Assembly: GCA_965263035.1 (NCBI GenBank)
Contig: OZ253580.1
Span: 992,001 to 1,056,000, forward strand
Reading direction: 5' to 3'
DNA length: 64,000 nt
Source of the DNA: Acidobacteriota bacterium
Lineage (GTDB): Bacteria; Acidobacteriota; UBA6911; RPQK01; JAJDTT01
This document shows positions 60,441-64,000 of the stretch, piece by piece. Numbering within the stretch: position 1 is the first letter of the stretch; every line of letters starts with the position of its first letter. The notes beneath the pieces were generated by a model, which saw only the letters and a program-made list of their open reading frames with translations, did not search any database and was not told where the DNA came from. A program made the position numbers and the translations under genes.

Positions 60441-61813
60441 GTCAAGGAGAGTGTCGAAACCTGCCCTCGAGATGTTTTCGATATCAATGGCAAGCTCGTC
60501 ACCGCCAAAGGAGCAAAGGTAAGAGCCCTGACGCTGCAGGGGCTGAAACTGAGCGATCCTTTCATCGCAATCACGACAAACACCCTTAGCCGGAGAGGAA
60601 GTTTCCGAAACACCGCCCTTGAGTTAGTCAGAGCCTACGGGGTGAACGGAAAGGAAATCCCAATTGTGGTGGCCAGCCATCGTTCCGTCTGGGGGAGAGT
60701 CAGAGACTTTCGGACTGGGGGTCTGGAATTCGACGGCGGTATCGGCGCCATTCCGGTCACTCTGGATGTGGATAACCGGTTGCAGAACTGCACCACGTGT
60801 TTGCCTCAGCGACGGGCAGACTGTATGGGGGCCATAACCATCTACCCCGAATTCCCACTGTGCCGCGACGGCCTCATTGCTTTTGCACGTGGACGCAATG
60901 AGTACTATTCTGGAGGACTCTGCGAAGCCTATCCTGAAGTTCAGGGCTATTGGCTCGACTGGATCGGAGAGTGTCTTGCCGCTGGAGTCGACGGTCTGGA
61001 TATCCGCATTTCCAACCACAGCACTTGGTCGGACTATATGGACCTTTATGGCTTCAACGAGCCGGTGGCCGCGGAGTACGAACGACGCTATGGCATAGAT
61101 CCCAACCACGAACCCTACGATCCTCAACTGCTGGCGGATCTGCGCGGTGACTATTACGATCAGTTCCTGGCCAAAGCAAAGCAGAAACTGTCGGCGGCCG
61201 GGAAAAAGCTGCAACTCCACATCGAGGTCGAGTCCTTTCGGCCGGACGCTGCTCCCATGCGAGTCCGCACCAGGCCGGGAAACACCACCTTTCATTGGCG
61301 CCGCTGGGTCGATTCCGGTCTGGCCGACGAAACCACGCTCATGCCGGTGTCCTGGGGTCTGGACAGGGTGCTGAAAGACTCTTTGGCGGACGAAATTCTC
61401 AGTCGCTGCCGGAAAGCAGGAGTCCCTCTCTACGTCCGCAACTACATGTGGAATAGCCGTGACGGGCAAGTCCAGGGGAATCTACTGGAACGGGTTTTTC
61501 GGCATGGCGGCTATTCCGAGTATAACTTCTATGAGACGGCAAGTTTTTACGACCGTAAAAAGACCGCCGAACAGGGAAGGCTAGCTTTCTTTCCGGGGAT
61601 GGTAGAAGGCATTCGGAGCCGGGCCAGGCAATTGGGCTTGATTTAACAGAGGATTCATTTCTGGCTCGTTTGCGGGGGGGAGATCCAGATCATCGTCCGA
61701 TCTTTAAAGGATGACAATTATTGCTTTCAGTAACTCCATGAGGGCATCGAAGTTTGCCGAGTTTGCACCGTCAGCTCTAGATGATTTGTAGAAGAGCCAC
61801 AGGGAGTGAAATT

Positions 61814-62635
61814 ATGTCCTTGACCTTCATTCACATCACCGACACCCATCTGGGAACCACTTGCGACGAGCTGGTTCACTTTTACGCTCCCGGGCAGGCC
61901 TTGATGGCGGTATTGAAGAAAATCGCAGCCGATGGTGCTTATGATGCCTCGTTTATCGCCGATACTGGAGATATGATTCGGCACTGGTCGTACCCTTCAG
62001 CCTATGAAACAGGTAAAAGGATCTACGGTTTTGAAGAGAGATCACCAGCTCCCGGACCTCTCAGGGTGCGTGCCGAAGGAATGGATCTACCCTGGTATTT
62101 TGTTCCGGGGAATGTCGACAACCGCCTCGAGTGCCGGAACAGGCTATTTACTCCAGATCCCGGAGTGGCACTCTTCAACTACACGTGGAAGGCGCAGGGG
62201 ATTCGCTTTCTCAGCCTGGACTGGGGAGCACACGAGACCAATCGTTACACGTTAGACCCCCAGTCCTATAACTGGTTAAAGCAGCAACTGGATCAGAGAT
62301 GCCCTACTATCATTCTCACTCATCACCCTCCCGTGTCCGTAGGCATTCCTATGTTTGACGAAATGACACCACCGGATCTGAACCGCCTTCATGAACTCAT
62401 TGCCGGTTCCCCGGTGCTGGCCATTTTTCACGGACACACCCATCATCCATGGGAGAATCGGATTGACGGGATCCCAGTTTTCGGAACCGGCTCGGTGACC
62501 TATAGGCGGTGTCTGCACCACGATTACGCGCAGGGCCTGGTGCTGGAGATCCATCCCCCACAGTATCGGGTCGTGACCATACACAGTGATGGCTCGGTGA
62601 CTGCCCCGATTCACGAAGTACCCTTGGAACCTTAG
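61814..62635 (+). CDS. Calcineurin-like metallophosphoesterase (CpdA/Icc-like)
   Basis: HITDTH, TGD, VPGNVD, THHPP and HGHTH. Confidence 0.87.
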   Translation: MSLTFIHITDTHLGTTCDELVHFYAPGQALMAVLKKIAADGAYDASFIADTGDMIRHWSYPSAYETGKRIYGFEERSPAPGPLRVRAEGMDLPWYFVPGNVDNRLECRNRLFTPDPGVALFNYTWKAQGIRFLSLDWGAHETNRYTLDPQSYNWLKQQLDQRCPTIILTHHPPVSVGIPMFDEMTPPDLNRLHELIAGSPVLAIFHGHTHHPWENRIDGIPVFGTGSVTYRRCLHHDYAQGLVLEIHPPQYRVVTIHSDGSVTAPIHEVPLEP

Positions 62636-62689
62636 TCCTCCCTCGAGTAGCTCAGTGCCGCCAAAGACTCACACGAAATTTCCCACTCG

Positions 62690-63000
62690 GAGTGAGACCA
62701 TCGCCCGCGAGGCGCAACTGGACGGTTTTTCACCCTCCGGACCAGCGAGCCAGAGGACCGGTTGCCGACTGCCGCCATGGTGCGCAGCTACAAGATGCTG
62801 ACGACTGGCGAGCGGGCTTTCCGCTGTCTGAAGAGCATGGACCCGGACGGCCCTCGGTTGCAATGACTGACGGAGGCGACGCCGCTGCAGCGACGGGCGC
62901 TGGAGATGGTCCAGGCGTTCCCAGTGACGACCAATGCGGCTTCGTAACTTATCCTTTTATAATCAAGGAGTTATCTCGTCTCCGTGTCTGAAACTTCGGC
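62690..63000 (+). mobile_element. IS1634-family relic (C-terminal fragments and possible right end)
   Basis: TIAREAQLDGF, LRTS..VRSYKMLTTGERAFRCLKS and ATPLQRRALEM parallel the 43205 transposase; ends GAAACTTCGG. Confidence 0.65.
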
Positions 63001-63060
63001 CTAATCTTGCCAGCAGGTTGGAAAAGGACGGCTCCAGGTTAATCCAGCCTCAGAGCACAT

Positions 63061-64000
63061 TTACGATTTTGAGGTTGAAAGCCGCACCTGAAGCAACTCT
63101 ACGGGCACCGACGGGTCACCTTGCTGAGCTGGTTGCACGCTCAACGCAAGAGAATTTGGTCCTTTCCTGATCAGGTTCCCGGGTACGTGCAGGCCGATCC
63201 ACGACTCCTGGCTACGCCGTGAATTTTCGACCCCCGAAGGGAAGCCGCTCTGGAGATCCATCCGCCCCCGGCCGTGTCCGGAAGACGTTCTGGGAACGGG
63301 AGTATCGTTGAGTGTCCAGCTCACGCGCCGCTGATCCACATCTCCCTTCCACTGGGTGAGGAGAACGGCTTGCTTTATGGAGTTCGGAGCATCTGAGACA
63401 TTCAGCGTAAACTCCACGCTTGCCACCCCGCTGACCGTGGTGAGCGCACGGGGAATTTGAGCAGGATAGCAGGCATCGGCCAGAGCCCCCTGCCCGGGCC
63501 GAACCGGAAAATCGGGGTCGACCTGATACAGCTTGTTTCCGTGAGCCAGCTCGGCGGGTTCTGCCAGCCTCGGCACTGTGCCAAAATCCTCTGGATCAGT
63601 GGGTCCGTGATGAGTGTGCCAGTCATAGAGGTAAATGCCATCGGCTCCTTCGTTCCAGAAACGGTAGGCGGCGGCGCGGACCGCATCATAGTTGGCAGGA
63701 TCGTCGTTGACGATGGCCGGGTCCCGGACATCGAACTTGGGCCGGCCGGTTCGGAACAAGGGGTGAATGCGGTCCAGGCAACCGTAAACGGGGACCTCGT
63801 TGCGTTGTCCCAATTCAACCCATTCGTCCATGGGAATGGAAAAGGGCATCAGACCCGAACCAGCCATCAACAAGTCGACCCATCCCCGTTCCGTCCAGGT
63901 TTCCGGATCCAGTCCTACCGCGAGACACAGCTCCAAGCTGTCCGGTACACGCACGGCAAGGAGAATCGGCCGGCCTTTCTGCTGAGCGTAGTGATCGAGC
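63061..64000 (-). CDS. GHL10-like protein, C-terminal part (paralog of 16644-18497)
   Basis: GLDPETW, VYGCLDRI, TGRPKFDVRDP and GADGIYLYDWHTHHGPT shared with 16644; the frame is open to the window edge. Confidence 0.8.
   Translation of the reverse strand, partial: LDHYAQQKGRPILLAVRVPDSLELCLAVGLDPETWTERGWVDLLMAGSGLMPFSIPMDEWVELGQRNEVPVYGCLDRIHPLFRTGRPKFDVRDPAIVNDDPANYDAVRAAAYRFWNEGADGIYLYDWHTHHGPTDPEDFGTVPRLAEPAELAHGNKLYQVDPDFPVRPGQGALADACYPAQIPRALTTVSGVASVEFTLNVSDAPNSIKQAVLLTQWKGDVDQRRVSWTLNDTPVPRTSSGHGRGRMDLQSGFPSGVENSRRSQESWIGLHVPGNLIRKGPNSLALSVQPAQQGDPSVPVELLQVRLSTSKS

Larger units (their letters stand above)
57693..61646 (+). pseudogene. Tat-exported GHL10-like protein split by IS1380 copy 3 (57693-58444 + 60446-61646)
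   Basis: TRRFFLK; GVRRIYW, LCEAYPEV, GVDGLDIR and YGFNEP. Rejoined 1953-nt ORF is in frame (RFTV|KESVE). Confidence 0.8.

Noticed and set aside
1-64000. CRISPR array, tRNA, rRNA, riboswitch or group II intron
   Set aside because: No regularly spaced repeats, cloverleaf or recognisable RNA motifs seen by eye; an Infernal/Rfam scan would be needed to exclude small RNAs.

Overview
GC-rich bacterial window, probably Acidobacteriota (Oar-like TonB receptor, GWxTD protein, CRTAC1/ASPIC plus TPR pairs; inference). The left ~35 kb is an intact, paralog-rich catabolic or surface region. It holds ALDH, a TonB receptor, six non-canonical BNR/Asp-box proteins, Tat-exported GHL10-like hydrolases, two gamma-glutamyltransferase-family enzymes, two CehA/McbA-like PHP hydrolases, an HpcH aldolase and three paralogs of an unrecognised secreted 'SPWYFDDNHG' family. 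The right ~29 kb is dense in insertion sequences: IS21, IS1634, a DUF4338-IS4 fusion element, three IS1380 copies and an IS1634 relic. The six intact ISs have readable ends and target duplications, and several genes are interrupted (gntR, a GHL10-like gene, E2 and CRTAC1 relics). The main finding is a 2579-bp large-serine-recombinase mini-element inserted in the Walker A codons of IS21 istB. Recombining its ends at a shared CCG restores istB in frame (GRPGTGKT). On the excised circle it also joins an RBS+ATG from one end to an otherwise ATG-less ORF at the other end, giving an almost fully coding circle with an excision-assembled gene. No rRNA, tRNA or CRISPR array was recognised. All family calls are from motif recognition, not database searches.
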